Source of the DNA: Candidatus Saccharimonadota bacterium
Lineage (GTDB): Bacteria > Pseudomonadota > Gammaproteobacteria > Enterobacterales > Enterobacteriaceae
DNA length: 32,000 bases
Reading direction: 5' to 3'
Assembly (NCBI GenBank): GCA_002688505.1
Contig: CP024013.1
Span: 90,001-122,000 of the forward strand
Below are positions 11,892 to 25,240 of the stretch, piece after piece. The notes beneath the pieces were generated by a model. It saw only the letters and a program-made list of their open reading frames with translations. It did not search any database and had not been told where the DNA came from. The stretch's first letter is position 1; every line of letters begins with the position of its first letter. The translations under genes and the position numbers were made by a program.

Positions 11892-11968
11892 CAATAATAA
11901 TATTATATAATATATAATTTATATTAAAATAAATTTATAAAAATATAAACCAATTTATAATAAATACA

Positions 11969-12256
11969 ATGTATCTATTTTTTTTAACAATATTTTTAAT
12001 AACTTCAATATCATTAATTACATTAATTATAATATTACCTAATAGAAATAATATTATGAGTTCACCAATAACTGAAAAAAATATAAATAATAGAAATATA
12101 AATTTAAATTTATTAAAAGATACACTAAATTATACAATAACAATATTATCTATAATATTTTTTATAACAACTATAATATTAAACAATTTAAATAACACAA
12201 ATATAAAAAATAATAATTTTTTAAATAAAAACAATATTACAAAAAATAAAAAATAA
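11969..12256 (+). CDS. secG: Protein-export membrane protein SecG
   Basis: 95-aa ORF with two hydrophobic segments: MYLFFLTIFLITSISLITLIIIL and LNYTITILSIIFFITTIILNNL. These align with E. coli SecG MYEALLVVFLIVAIGLVGLIML and MTALLATLFFIISLVLGNI. The position, immediately upstream of tRNA-Leu(GAG) as in secG-leuU, also supports the call. Confidence 0.78.
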   Translation: MYLFFLTIFLITSISLITLIIILPNRNNIMSSPITEKNINNRNINLNLLKDTLNYTITILSIIFFITTIILNNLNNTNIKNNNFLNKNNITKNKK

Positions 12257-12262
12257 ATAATA

Positions 12263-12347
12263 GCCGGGATGGTGAAATAGGTAAACACGCTATCATGAGG
12301 AGATAGTTCTTTTAAAAGAATTACGGGTTCAAATCCCGTTCCCGGTA
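12263..12347 (+). tRNA. leuU: tRNA-Leu (anticodon GAG), long variable arm, no encoded CCA
   Basis: Acceptor GCCGGGA/TCCCGGT; anticodon stem CTATC/GATAG with loop ATGAGGA (GAG); long variable arm; T arm ACGGG-TTCAAAT-CCCGT; discriminator A at 12347. It has the same position and anticodon as E. coli leuU. Confidence 0.92.
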
Positions 12348-12498
12348 ATTTAAAGTAATTATATTAATATTTTAAATAAAAAATAAAATATATTATTATA
12401 TAATAATATTAAAACATTGATAATTTAAATAAATTAAAATATTTTATATACATTAAATATATAATTTAAATAAAAATATAATTTAAAATTCTTAAAAT

Positions 12499-13536
12499 AT
12501 GAATAAAGAAATACTAGAAGTAGCAGAAGCTGTATCAAATGAAAAATCTTTACCTAGAGAAAAAATTTTTAAAACATTAGAAAGTGCATTAGAAATTGCA
12601 ATAAAAAAAAAATATGAAAAAAAGATAAATATAAAAGTTTATATAAATAGAAAAAATGGAATATTTAATATATATAGAAGATGAATAATAGTTAAAAATG
12701 TTAAATATCCAGAAAAAGAAATAAATATTAAAAATATAAAAAATAAAAATATTAAAATAGGAGAATATATACAAAATAAAATAAAATCAATTAAATTTGA
12801 TAGAATTTCTACACAAACTGTAAAACAAATAATAATTCAAAAAATGAGAGAAGCTGAAAAATTAATGATACTTAAGAAAATAAAAAAAAAAACAGGTAAA
12901 ATTATTTCAGGATTTGTTAAAAAAATAAAAAATAATTATTTAATTATAGATATAAAATATAATTTAGAAGCTATTCTACTTAGAAAACATATGATTTTAA
13001 AAGAAAAATTTAAAAAAGGTGATAAAATTAAAGCTTTAATATATAAATTTAAACAAACAAATTATAAATATAAAATATTTTTAACAAGATATAAAAATAA
13101 ATTTTTAAAAGAACTTTTTAAAATACAAATTCCTGAAATAAAAAAAAAAACTATTAAAATAATTAATATTTCAAGAGATCCAGGATTAAGAACTAAAATA
13201 GCAATCAAAACAAAAGATAAAAGAATAGATCCTATAGGAACATGTATAGGAATAAAAGGATTAAGAATTAAAAAAATATCTAATGAATTATCAGGAGAAA
13301 AAATAGATATAATTTTATGAAATAAAAATCCAAAAAAATTTGTTATAAATGCAATGGCACCTGCAAAAATAATAAATATTAAAATAAATAAAATCAAAAA
13401 AAAAATGGAAATAATTGTAAAAGAAAATAACATAGCTAAAGCTATAGGCAAAAAAGGTCAAAATATAAAATTAGCATCTAAATTAACTAAATGAAATATT
13501 GATATTATAAATAATAACAAAAAAAATATAAAATAA
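12499..13536 (+). CDS. nusA: Transcription termination/antitermination factor NusA (345 aa; lacks the C-terminal AR1/AR2 extension)
   Basis: Track ORFs 12499-12684 and 12844-13320 plus the tail are one frame joined through TGA at 12682-12684, 13318-13320 and 13492-13494. The sequence includes [69 protein letters not shown] and [24 protein letters not shown] (KH domains). TAA at 13534-13536. Confidence 0.94.
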
Positions 13537-13593
13537 ATTTACAATATTCTATTAAAAAAACATATTTAAATCAATATAATTTTAAATAAAATT

Positions 13594-15523
<1,930 letters not shown>

Positions 15524-15526
15524 ATA

Positions 15527-15880
15527 TTGATAATGAAAAATATAATAATAAATAAAAAAAATAAAATAATAAAGAAATATATTATTAATTTAATAAATAA
15601 AAAATTTAATTATATCTTTAAAACAAATTTAATTTCAATTAATTATATTAATATATGTAAAAATAGTTCAATAATTAAAATTTATATTAATAATTATAAT
15701 GAAAATAATAATAATAATAAAAAAATTATAAATATTTTACAAAAAAATAATTTATATATTATTAATAAATTAATTAAAAAAATAAATTTTAAAAATATAC
15801 CTAAAATTTATTTTAAAATTGATAAATTTTATAATAAAAATAAAAAATTATTTTATTTTTTAAACAAAATAAATAAATAA
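15527..15880 (+). CDS. rbfA: Ribosome-binding factor A
   Basis: 117-aa ORF in the infB-rbfA-truB position. ISINYINICKNSSIIKIYI and FKNIPKIYFKIDKF align with E. coli RbfA VSGVEMSRDLAYAKVYV and LRIVPELTFFYDNS. The track start is TTG at 15527; ATG at 15533 is the more likely start. Confidence 0.75.
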   Translation: MIMKNIIINKKNKIIKKYIINLINKKFNYIFKTNLISINYINICKNSSIIKIYINNYNENNNNNKKIINILQKNNLYIINKLIKKINFKNIPKIYFKIDKFYNKNKKLFYFLNKINK

Positions 15881-15883
15881 AAT

Positions 15884-16597
15884 ATGAATTTAAATAATAT
15901 AAATGGTATATTAAATTTTTATAAACCATGTGGAGTAATATCAAATAAAATATTACAAAAAATTAAAAAAATATTTAATCCAATAAAAATAGGATTTATA
16001 GGAACTTTAGATCCTATTTCATCTGGAATATTATTAATATGTTTTGGAAAAAGTACAAAATTATCTAAATATATAATTAAAGAAAAAAAAACTTATATAG
16101 TAACATCAGTATTAGGTATACAAACAAATACATATGATTCATATGGATATATAACTAAAATAAATAAATATAAAAAAATAAAAAAAAAAAAAATATTCAA
16201 TATAATAAAAAAATATAAAGGAATAATAAAACAAAAAGTACCTATATATTCTTCATGTAAATTTAAAGGAAAATCATTATATAAATATGCAATAAAAGGT
16301 ATTAATATAAAAAAATATAACTACATAAAAATTTATAAAATAAAATTAATTAAATTTAAAAAAAATATAATAAAACTAAAAATTAAATGTTCTAAAGGAA
16401 CTTATATAAGATATTTAATAAACAAAATAGGAAAAGATTTAAAATGTGGATCACATATAATAAAATTAAAAAGAATTAAAATAGGAAATTTTAGTATAAA
16501 AAAATCATTAAAATTTAAAAAATTAATAAAAATAAAAAAAATAAATAAATATATTATTAATCATAAATTTCTATTAAAAAAATATAAAATAAAATAA
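15884..16597 (+). CDS. truB: tRNA pseudouridine-55 synthase TruB
   Basis: 237-aa ORF with GILNFYKPCGVISNKIL..IGFIGTLDPISSGILLICFGKSTKLSKY, which includes the catalytic Asp motif GTLDP. Confidence 0.9.
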   Translation: MNLNNINGILNFYKPCGVISNKILQKIKKIFNPIKIGFIGTLDPISSGILLICFGKSTKLSKYIIKEKKTYIVTSVLGIQTNTYDSYGYITKINKYKKIKKKKIFNIIKKYKGIIKQKVPIYSSCKFKGKSLYKYAIKGINIKKYNYIKIYKIKLIKFKKNIIKLKIKCSKGTYIRYLINKIGKDLKCGSHIIKLKRIKIGNFSIKKSLKFKKLIKIKKINKYIINHKFLLKKYKIK

Positions 16598-16601
16598 AAA
16601 A

Positions 16602-17288
16602 ATGAAAAAATTAGTAATATTAAGACATGGTGAAAGTATTTGAAATAAAAAAAATATATTTACTGGATGAATAGATGTTAAATTATCTAAAAAAGGTATA
16701 TTAGAAGCAAAAAATGCTGGTAAAATTTTAAAAAAAAATAAATTTTCATTTGATATAGCATATACATCTTTATTAAACAGAGCTATACATACTACATGAG
16801 AAATATTAAATAAATTAAATTTAACATGAATTAAAATATATAAAACATGAAAATTAAATGAAAGACATTATGGTAAATTACAAGGTTTGAATAAAAATAA
16901 AGTTTTAAAAAAATATGGAAAAGTTAAATTTCAAGAATGAAGAAGAAGTTTTTTTATAAATCCACCAAAAATTAATGAAAATGATATACAATATCCTGGA
17001 AAAGATATAAAATATAAAAATTTAAATAAAAATAAAATTCCATTAGGAGAAAGTTTACTAGATACATATAATAGAGTAATACCTTATTGAAAAAAAAATA
17101 TATATAAAAATATTTTAAATAATAAATTAATACTAATTGTAGCACATGGTAATTCATTAAGAGCTTTAATTAAATATATAGAAAATATTTCAGATAAAAA
17201 TATATCAAATTATGAAATTCCAACTGGCAAACCATTAATATACGAATATAAAGATGAATTCAAAATTAAAGATAAATATTACTTATAA
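16602..17288 (+). CDS. gpmA: 2,3-bisphosphoglycerate-dependent phosphoglycerate mutase (228 aa when TGA=Trp)
   Basis: This gene is absent from the ORF track because it contains seven in-frame TGA codons. Translation gives [41 protein letters not shown]-..[28 protein letters not shown]-..[15 protein letters not shown]. Examples are TGA 16641-16643 and 16668-16670, which fall on the RHGES-W-N and FTG-W positions of GpmA. TAA at 17286-17288. Confidence 0.93.
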
Positions 17289-17304
17289 ACAAAAAATTTA
17301 ATAT

Positions 17305-17376
17305 TGGCCCCTATTGGATTCGAACCAACGACCAAGCGATTATGAGTCGCCTGCTCTACCACTGAGCTAAAGGGCC
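17305..17376 (-). tRNA. tRNA with CAT anticodon, most likely tRNA-Ile2 (lysidine type, ileX-like); elongator Met not excluded
   Basis: The reverse complement is GGCCCTTTAGCTCAGTGGTAGAGCAGGCGACTCATAATCGCTTGGTCGTTGGTTCGAATCCAATAGGGGCCA, a clean cloverleaf with anticodon loop CTCATAA. It is not an initiator: G1-C72 is paired and there is no GGG/CCC anticodon stem. From memory, the GGCCC acceptor and GGCGA-CTCATAA-TCGCT arm resemble enterobacterial ileX. Confidence 0.85.
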
Positions 17377-17444
17377 TTTAAAAAATATAATAACAAAAAT
17401 AAAATTAAAATTCAACTAAATAGTAATTTTAAAAAAATTTAATA

Positions 17445-18092
17445 TTATTTAGAATTATTATTATTATTATTATATTTAAAAATTTTTACTATAGCAGGTC
17501 TTAATAATCTATCATTTATCATATAACCATCTTGTAAAACTTCCATTATATTATTATCTTTAGATTTATCATTAGTATAAACTATTGAAATAGCTTGATG
17601 ATAATTAGGATCAAATTTCTTAATTTTATCTAAATTAATAATACCAAATTTTTTTAATGTTATTAAAAAATTTTTTAAAGTTAAAGCAATACCTTTAAAA
17701 TTAATATAAGAATCTATTTTTTTATCTTTACTAACTAAAATAGAGGATTTTAAATTATCAACAATTAATAATAAATCTTTAGAAAATTTTTCTAAAGAAT
17801 ATTTATAAATTTTATTAATATTTTTTTCATTTAATTTTCTCATATTATCAATATCAGCTTTAGCTCTTAAATTAATATCATTTATTTTTTTTTTTAAAAT
17901 AGTTAATTTATTTTTTAATTTATTTATTAACTTATTTTTAATATTAATTTCTTCTTCTAACAAAAAAATTTTATCTTTTATTTTTTTTAAAATAGTATTA
18001 TCACAACATAAAGTATTATCTTTAATTTTATTTTTATCTAAACAATCAATATCAAAATTTTTATTATTATTATTATATTCCTTATTATTCAT
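17445..18092 (-). CDS. grpE: Nucleotide exchange factor GrpE
   Basis: 215-aa ORF with LRAKADIDNMRKL, LLLIVDNL, FDPNYHQAISIV and VLQDGYMINDRLLRPAIVKI. Confidence 0.9.
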   Translation of the reverse strand: MNNKEYNNNNKNFDIDCLDKNKIKDNTLCCDNTILKKIKDKIFLLEEEINIKNKLINKLKNKLTILKKKINDINLRAKADIDNMRKLNEKNINKIYKYSLEKFSKDLLLIVDNLKSSILVSKDKKIDSYINFKGIALTLKNFLITLKKFGIINLDKIKKFDPNYHQAISIVYTNDKSKDNNIMEVLQDGYMINDRLLRPAIVKIFKYNNNNNNSK

Positions 18093-18212
18093 ATTTTTTC
18101 CTAAAAAATATTAATTTACATAAAAATTTATATAAAATATTATAAATTAGTTATTATAATATAACAAATATAAAATAAATTATATATATTTAAATATAAA
18201 AATATTAAAAAA

Positions 18213-18638
18213 ATGAAAAAAAAAAATAATATTATATATAATAAATTTATAAAAAAAAAATATACAATAAAAAAAACATTTAAAACAGGTATAATACTCA
18301 AAGGATGAGAAGTTAAATCAATATTAAAAAATAATATAGATATAAAAAATAATTATATATATATTAATAAAAATAAAGAAATTTATATAAAAAATTTAAA
18401 TATATCTCCATTAGAAAATCAAATTGTAAATAAAAAAAATAGAAAAATAAAATTACTATTAAAAAAAAAAGAAATTTATTATTTATATAATAATGTAAAA
18501 ATAAAAGGCTATACAATAATACTAGTATATATATTAATTAAAAAACCATGATTTAAAACTAAAATAGCTTTATGCAAAGGTAAAAAAATATATGATAAAA
18601 GAAATAATATAAAATATAAATACTGAAAAAAACAATAA
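18213..18638 (+). CDS. smpB: SsrA-binding protein SmpB (141 aa when TGA=Trp)
   Basis: Not in the track because of in-frame TGAs. Translation gives MKKKNNIIYNKFIKKKYTIKKTFKTGIILKG-W-EVKSILKNNIDIKNNYIYI...KP-W-FKTKIALCKGKKIYDKRNNIKYKY-W-KKQ. G-W-EVKS (TGA 18306-18308) is the SmpB signature. It lies immediately upstream of ssrA. Confidence 0.9.
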
Positions 18639-18687
18639 TAATATTGACATTAAAAAATTTAATTATATAATTATAATTAATATAAAA

Positions 18688-19043
18688 GGGGCTGTATATG
18701 GTTTTGACAAAATATATTTATTTTAATGTGCATGTCGAGGTTACGGTAGGCCGCGTTAAAAACCGTAAATTTTAATTGCAAAAAACAATCAAAATTGTGC
18801 ATTAGCAGCTTAAAAAACTGTTAGGCCGTTTTTATATATTATTTTATCTCTTTATAAATATAAAGACGTTATATAAAAGAGAAAAAATTATAGATGTCTA
18901 TGTCTATAATTTATATATATAATAGACTAATTAATTATTTATTTTTTTTATTTTAAATAATTAATAAAAATGAAAATAAAATAAACATGTAGTAACAATA
19001 AAATATTTTGTTTTGGAAGCGGGTTCGAATCCCGCCAGCTCCA
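18688..19043 (+). ncRNA. ssrA: tmRNA (one-piece), tag peptide AKNNQNCALAA
   Basis: The 5' GGGGCTG pairs with the 3' CAGCTCC (a G3:U pair, the Ala identity element). The T arm is GCGGGTTCGAATCCCGC, with discriminator A at 19043. The tag ORF GCA AAA AAC AAT CAA AAT TGT GCA TTA GCA GCT TAA spans 18778-18813 and ends in the canonical ALAA. There is no encoded CCA. Confidence 0.95.
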
Positions 19044-19068
19044 ATAATTTAAAAATTATTTTTTTTAT

Positions 19069-19140
19069 AGGTGATTAGCTCAGTGGTAGAGCATCTCTTT
19101 TACAAGGAGAAAGTCAATGGTTCAATTCCATTATCACCTA
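19069..19140 (+). tRNA. tRNA-Val (anticodon TAC), no encoded CCA
   Basis: Acceptor AGGTGAT/ATCACCT; D arm GCTC-AGTGGTA-GAGC; anticodon arm TCTCT-TTTACAA-GGAGA (TAC); T arm AATGG-TTCAATT-CCATT. Confidence 0.92.
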
Positions 19141-19160
19141 TTAAATTTTAATATTTAAAA

Positions 19161-20513
19161 TTATTTAAACTTTAATAAATCTTTATATGAAATTTTTGAA
19201 AAATTATTTTCATAAACTAAAATTAATAATGATAAAGTAATATCTAATATTTCTTTATTATCCAAATTATTAATTATTTTTTCTAAAAAACTTTTATAAA
19301 AATTTAATATTAAATTATTTCTATAAAAATTTTTTTTTATTAAATCTAATATTTTATTAAATCTAAAATCTAATAAGGTATTAAAATTAGGTATATTAAT
19401 CCTTTTAATATTATTATTAAATTTTTTATTTATTAAATTTAAAAATTTTAAATCTTTCTTTTCTAAAAATAAAATAGCTTTTCCGATATTATTAGCTCTA
19501 CCTGTCCTTCCTATTCTATGAATATAAGAATTTATATTATATGGTAAATCATAATTAATTATTAAATTAACATCACTAATATCTAAACCTCTAGAAGCTA
19601 CATCAGTAGCAACTAAAATTTTTATTAAACCATTTCTAAAATTTAAAATAATTTTTTCTCTTAAATTTTGATTTATATCACCATTTAATGCAGAAGATAA
19701 ATATCCCTTCTTCTCTAATAAAGAAGATAATTTTAAACTAAAATCTTTAGTTTTAACAAAAATAATTAATCTAATAAAATTTTCAGTCTCTAAAAATTTC
19801 ATTAATGTATTTATTTTAAATTTATAATTTATAAAACAATAATATTGAACTATATTCAAATTTATTTTATTCTTATTAAGAATAATTTCTTCAGGATTAT
19901 TCATAATATTTTTAGTAATTTTATAAATATGAAAGGACATAGTAGCTGAAAATAAAGCAGTTTGATGCAATATTTTAATATTTTTAATAATAATTTTAAC
20001 ATCTTTTATAAAACCCATATGTAACATTTCATCAGCTTCATCTATAACTAAAATTTTTATATTAGTTAAATAAATAGTTTTTCTATTTATATGATCTAAT
20101 AATCTTCCAGGAGTAGCTATAACTATATTAGGTTTATTTTTTAAATTATTAAATTCAATATTATAATTTTGACCACCATATAAGGATAATATTTTAATTT
20201 TTTTAAAATAATTTATAAATAATTTAAAAAAATTATAAATTTGTATTACTAATTCTCTAGTAGGTGTTATAATCAAAACTTGTAAATCATTATTAATTTT
20301 AATATTATTTAATATAGGTAATACAAAAGAAGCTGTTTTACCACTACCTGTTTTAGCTATAGCTAAAATATCTTTTCCTCTTAAAAAAGCAGGTATACAT
20401 CTAACTTGTATTTCTGTAGGAATTTTATATCCTATATTATAAATAATTTTTAATAATTCCTTATTTAAACCAAAATCATTAAAATTATTTATATTAAATT
20501 GATTTAAATTCAT
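19161..20513 (-). CDS. deaD: DEAD-box ATP-dependent RNA helicase DeaD/CsdA (450 aa; C-terminal extension shortened)
   Basis: Motifs AKTGSGKTASFVLPIL, TPTREL, TPGRLLDHI, VIDEADEMLHMGFI, HQTALFSATM, SSALNGDINQNLRE and YIHRIGRTGRA. It lies downstream of rpsO-pnp, as in E. coli. Confidence 0.9.
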   Translation of the reverse strand: MNLNQFNINNFNDFGLNKELLKIIYNIGYKIPTEIQVRCIPAFLRGKDILAIAKTGSGKTASFVLPILNNIKINNDLQVLIITPTRELVIQIYNFFKLFINYFKKIKILSLYGGQNYNIEFNNLKNKPNIVIATPGRLLDHINRKTIYLTNIKILVIDEADEMLHMGFIKDVKIIIKNIKILHQTALFSATMSFHIYKITKNIMNNPEEIILNKNKINLNIVQYYCFINYKFKINTLMKFLETENFIRLIIFVKTKDFSLKLSSLLEKKGYLSSALNGDINQNLREKIILNFRNGLIKILVATDVASRGLDISDVNLIINYDLPYNINSYIHRIGRTGRANNIGKAILFLEKKDLKFLNLINKKFNNNIKRINIPNFNTLLDFRFNKILDLIKKNFYRNNLILNFYKSFLEKIINNLDNKEILDITLSLLILVYENNFSKISYKDLLKFK

Positions 20514-20577
20514 ATATTATTTTTCCATTATTTTAATATATATTTAAATATTTAATAAAAAATAAAATATTATATTT

Positions 20578-22683
20578 TTAAATATTATGTATATTTAATT
20601 TCATTTTTCCATTTTTAATATTAATATTAAGAACTTTTACAAATATAAACTGACCTATTTTAAAAAAATTAAAAATATTATTTATATTAAATTTTGTAAT
20701 AATATGAGATATATGTAATAAACCTTCTTTTCCATTTTTAAATAATACAAATAAACCAAATTCTACTATTTTAATTATTTTAACTTTATAAATATTACCT
20801 ATTTTTAAATCTTCAGTAATTTTTTTAATATTTTTAATAACATTTTTTACATCATTCTCATTAGATGAAATTATTTTGATAATACCATTATCTTCTATTT
20901 CTATTAAACAATTATGTTTTTCTGTTAAATTTTTAATTACAGAACCACGTTTACCTATAACATATTTAATTTTATCAATATTTATTTTAAAAGTAAATAT
21001 TTTAGGAGCAAATTTAGAAATTCTATTACTTTTATTAATAGATAAATTCATTTTATCCAAAATATATAATCTAGAATCTTTTGATTTATACAAAGAATTT
21101 TCTATTATATCATAATTTATACCATCAATTTTCATATCCATTTGAATAGCAGTTACACCAAAACTAGTACCTATAATTTTAAAATCCATATCTCCTAATC
21201 TATCTTCATCTCCAATTATATCAGATAATATAAATTTTTTATTTTTATATAAAAACAAACCCATAGCAATACCAGAAACATTACTTTTTATAGGAACACC
21301 AGCATCCATTAATGATAAAGAAGCTCCACATACAGAAGCCATAGAAGATGAACCATTAGATTCTAAAATATCTGAAACTATACGTATAGTATAAGGAAAA
21401 TTTTTATTATCTGGTAAAACTGGTAATATTCCTTTTTTAGCCAAATAACCATGACCTATTTCTCTACGTTTTGGTATACCTATATTACCAATTTCACCAA
21501 CAGAATATGGAGGAAAATTATAATGAAAAATAAATTTATCTGTTCTATCACCTAAAAAAATATCATTAAAATTTTGAGCATCTTTAGATGTACCTAAAGT
21601 AACAGTAACTAAAGCTTGTGTTTCTCCTCTAGTAAATAAAGCAGAACCATGAACTCTTTTTGGTAAAAATCCTAATTTTATATCAATATCTCTAATATCA
21701 TCTTTTTTCCTTTTATCTATACGAATATTTTTATTTAATAAATTTAATATTATTATTTTTTTTTCAATTTTCTGAAATTCTTTAAAAATTAAATATTCTT
21801 TAAAATTAAATTTATTTTCAATTAAATTTAATATTAAATTACTTCTTAATAAATCTAATTTTTTATTTCTATCTTTTTTATTTAAAAATGATAAATATAA
21901 ATTTTTAATTTTATTTTTACAAAATAAATTAATATAATTTTTTAATTTATCTGATTTATAATCATTAATATAAGAAAAATCAAATTCAATAATATTATTA
22001 TTTTTTTTAGATAATGAAAATAAATTAATATTTTTAATTACTTCTAAATATTTAATATAACCAAAATCTATAGCATTTAAAATTACATTTTCACTTAAAT
22101 TATTACTAGAAACATCAATTACAGTTATACCACTTTTAGTTCCAGCAATCACTAAATTTAAATCACTATAAAACATTTGAGATATAGTTGGATTTAAAAT
22201 AAATTTTTTATTTATATAACCTATTCTTGCAGCACCTAAAATTTTTATATCTGGTATACCTGATATACTTAAAACAGCTGATACTGCTATTATTGATAAA
22301 ATATCAGCAGTTATCTGAGGATCTATAGAAATTACATTTACAACTATTTGTATTTCATTTAAAATATTTTTATTAAACAAAGGTCTTATAGACCTATCAA
22401 TTAATCTAGATATTATAACTTCTATATCACTGGATCTTCCTTCTCTTCTAAAAAAACTACCTGGTATTTTACCAGCAGAATAAAATTTTTCTTGATAATA
22501 AACACTTAAAGGAAAAAAATTTTGTTCATTATTTAACTGATCATTAAAAACTAAAGTTACTATTACTACTGTATCACCAATACTAGCAATAATAGAAGAA
22601 GTAGATTGTCTAGCTATTAAACCAGTTTCAAATTTTATTATACAATCGCCAAACTTAAATTCAAAAATATTATCTTTTAACAA
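20578..22683 (-). CDS. pnp: Polynucleotide phosphorylase
   Basis: 701-aa ORF with a TTG start at 22681-22683; E. coli pnp also starts with UUG. An AAGGA SD lies upstream. It has two RNase PH domains (FETGLIARQSTSS.., REIGHGYLAKKG) followed by KH and S1 (GNIYKVKIIKIVEFGLFV). Confidence 0.96.
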   Translation of the reverse strand: MLKDNIFEFKFGDCIIKFETGLIARQSTSSIIASIGDTVVIVTLVFNDQLNNEQNFFPLSVYYQEKFYSAGKIPGSFFRREGRSSDIEVIISRLIDRSIRPLFNKNILNEIQIVVNVISIDPQITADILSIIAVSAVLSISGIPDIKILGAARIGYINKKFILNPTISQMFYSDLNLVIAGTKSGITVIDVSSNNLSENVILNAIDFGYIKYLEVIKNINLFSLSKKNNNIIEFDFSYINDYKSDKLKNYINLFCKNKIKNLYLSFLNKKDRNKKLDLLRSNLILNLIENKFNFKEYLIFKEFQKIEKKIIILNLLNKNIRIDKRKKDDIRDIDIKLGFLPKRVHGSALFTRGETQALVTVTLGTSKDAQNFNDIFLGDRTDKFIFHYNFPPYSVGEIGNIGIPKRREIGHGYLAKKGILPVLPDNKNFPYTIRIVSDILESNGSSSMASVCGASLSLMDAGVPIKSNVSGIAMGLFLYKNKKFILSDIIGDEDRLGDMDFKIIGTSFGVTAIQMDMKIDGINYDIIENSLYKSKDSRLYILDKMNLSINKSNRISKFAPKIFTFKINIDKIKYVIGKRGSVIKNLTEKHNCLIEIEDNGIIKIISSNENDVKNVIKNIKKITEDLKIGNIYKVKIIKIVEFGLFVLFKNGKEGLLHISHIITKFNINNIFNFFKIGQFIFVKVLNINIKNGKMKLNIHNI

Positions 22684-22714
22684 AATTATTTATCCTTAAT
22701 AACTAATTAAATAT

Positions 22715-22984
22715 TTAATGCCTAATATTTAAAATTTTTAATAATTTTATATATTTATTAAAATTATAAAATTTTAAATAATTCAATAATTTACGTCTTC
22801 TAAATATTAAATTTAAAAAACCTCTTTTACTATGAAAATCTTTTTTATAAATAAAAAAATGGTTTTGTAATTTATTTATCCTAAATGTTAGTAATATAAT
22901 TTGTGTTTCACAACATCCAGTATTATTTTTTTTATAAGAATATTTTCTAAAAATTTTTTTTTTAAATTCATCAATATTTAACAT
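22715..22984 (-). CDS. rpsO: 30S ribosomal protein S15
   Basis: 89-aa ORF with TGCCETQIILLTFRINKLQNHFFIYKKDFHSKRGFLNLIFRRRKLLNYLK (S15 core). Confidence 0.93.
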   Translation of the reverse strand: MLNIDEFKKKIFRKYSYKKNNTGCCETQIILLTFRINKLQNHFFIYKKDFHSKRGFLNLIFRRRKLLNYLKFYNFNKYIKLLKILNIRH

Positions 22985-23017
22985 AATTTACAATATTTTT
23001 AAAAATTATAAATATAT

Positions 23018-23041
23018 AAAACCTTTTTTTTAAAAGGTTTT
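23018..23041 (-). terminator. Hairpin downstream of groEL, a candidate intrinsic terminator
   Basis: AAAACCTTTT (23018-23027) pairs with AAAAGGTTTT (23032-23041) around a TTTT loop. The structure lies 56 nt after the groEL stop. It is one of the very few G/C-containing elements in a spacer, and it ends in a T-run on either strand. Confidence 0.45.
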
Positions 23042-23096
23042 ATATATTTTATTAAATATAAAATAATAATAAATATAAATATTTTATATATTTATA

Positions 23097-24785
<1,689 letters not shown>

Positions 24786-24806
24786 TTAATATTTTATTAA
24801 TTATTT

Positions 24807-25097
24807 TTATTTTATTATAGCTAATACATCACTTTCAGACATAATTAAAACTTCTTTATTATCTAATTTTTCAGTTTTAATACCATATCCATCATTAAAT
24901 ATAATTAAATCTCCAACTTTAACATCAAGAGATTTTATTTTTCCATTATCTAAAATACGACCTTTTCCAACAGCTAATACTTTACCTCTATTGGATTTAC
25001 CAGCTGCTGAACCAGTTAATACTATACCTCCTGAAGATTTAGATTCAACATTTTTACGTTTTACTATAATACGATCATGTAATGGACGAATTTTCAT
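24807..25097 (-). CDS. groES: Co-chaperonin GroES
   Basis: 96-aa ORF reading [61 protein letters not shown] upstream. Confidence 0.98.
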   Translation of the reverse strand: MKIRPLHDRIIVKRKNVESKSSGGIVLTGSAAGKSNRGKVLAVGKGRILDNGKIKSLDVKVGDLIIFNDGYGIKTEKLDNKEVLIMSESDVLAIIK

Positions 25098-25135
25098 TTA
25101 TTAACTTCCTTATTTATAATAAATTTAATATAAAT

Positions 25136-25144
25136 ATTATAACA
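25136..25144 (-). promoter_or_regulatory. Candidate extended -10 element (TGTTATAAT) for groES-groEL
   Basis: The reverse complement of 25136-25144 is TGTTATAAT (TGnTATAAT), 39 nt upstream of the groES ATG. I could not find a sigma32-type CCCCAT element or a CIRCE inverted repeat in 25098-25299. Support is weak in this composition. Confidence 0.25.
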
Positions 25145-25240
25145 ATAATTATTTATTATATAATTATTAATTAATTTTTTTTTAATAAATATATTAATAA
25201 TATAATAAACTTATTAATATTAATATATAAATATTGAAAA

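Noticed and set aside
12348-12498. Possible remnants of metY and rimP between leuU and nusA
   Set aside because: The 151-nt spacer is pure A/T, with no tRNA-like G/C pattern and no open frame. The genes appear to be fully deleted.
16972-17157. 61-aa minus-strand ORF
   Set aside because: It lies antisense inside gpmA, which is missed by the track only because of its seven TGA=Trp codons.
20876-21115. 79-aa plus-strand ORF
   Set aside because: It lies antisense inside pnp and has no recognisable motifs.
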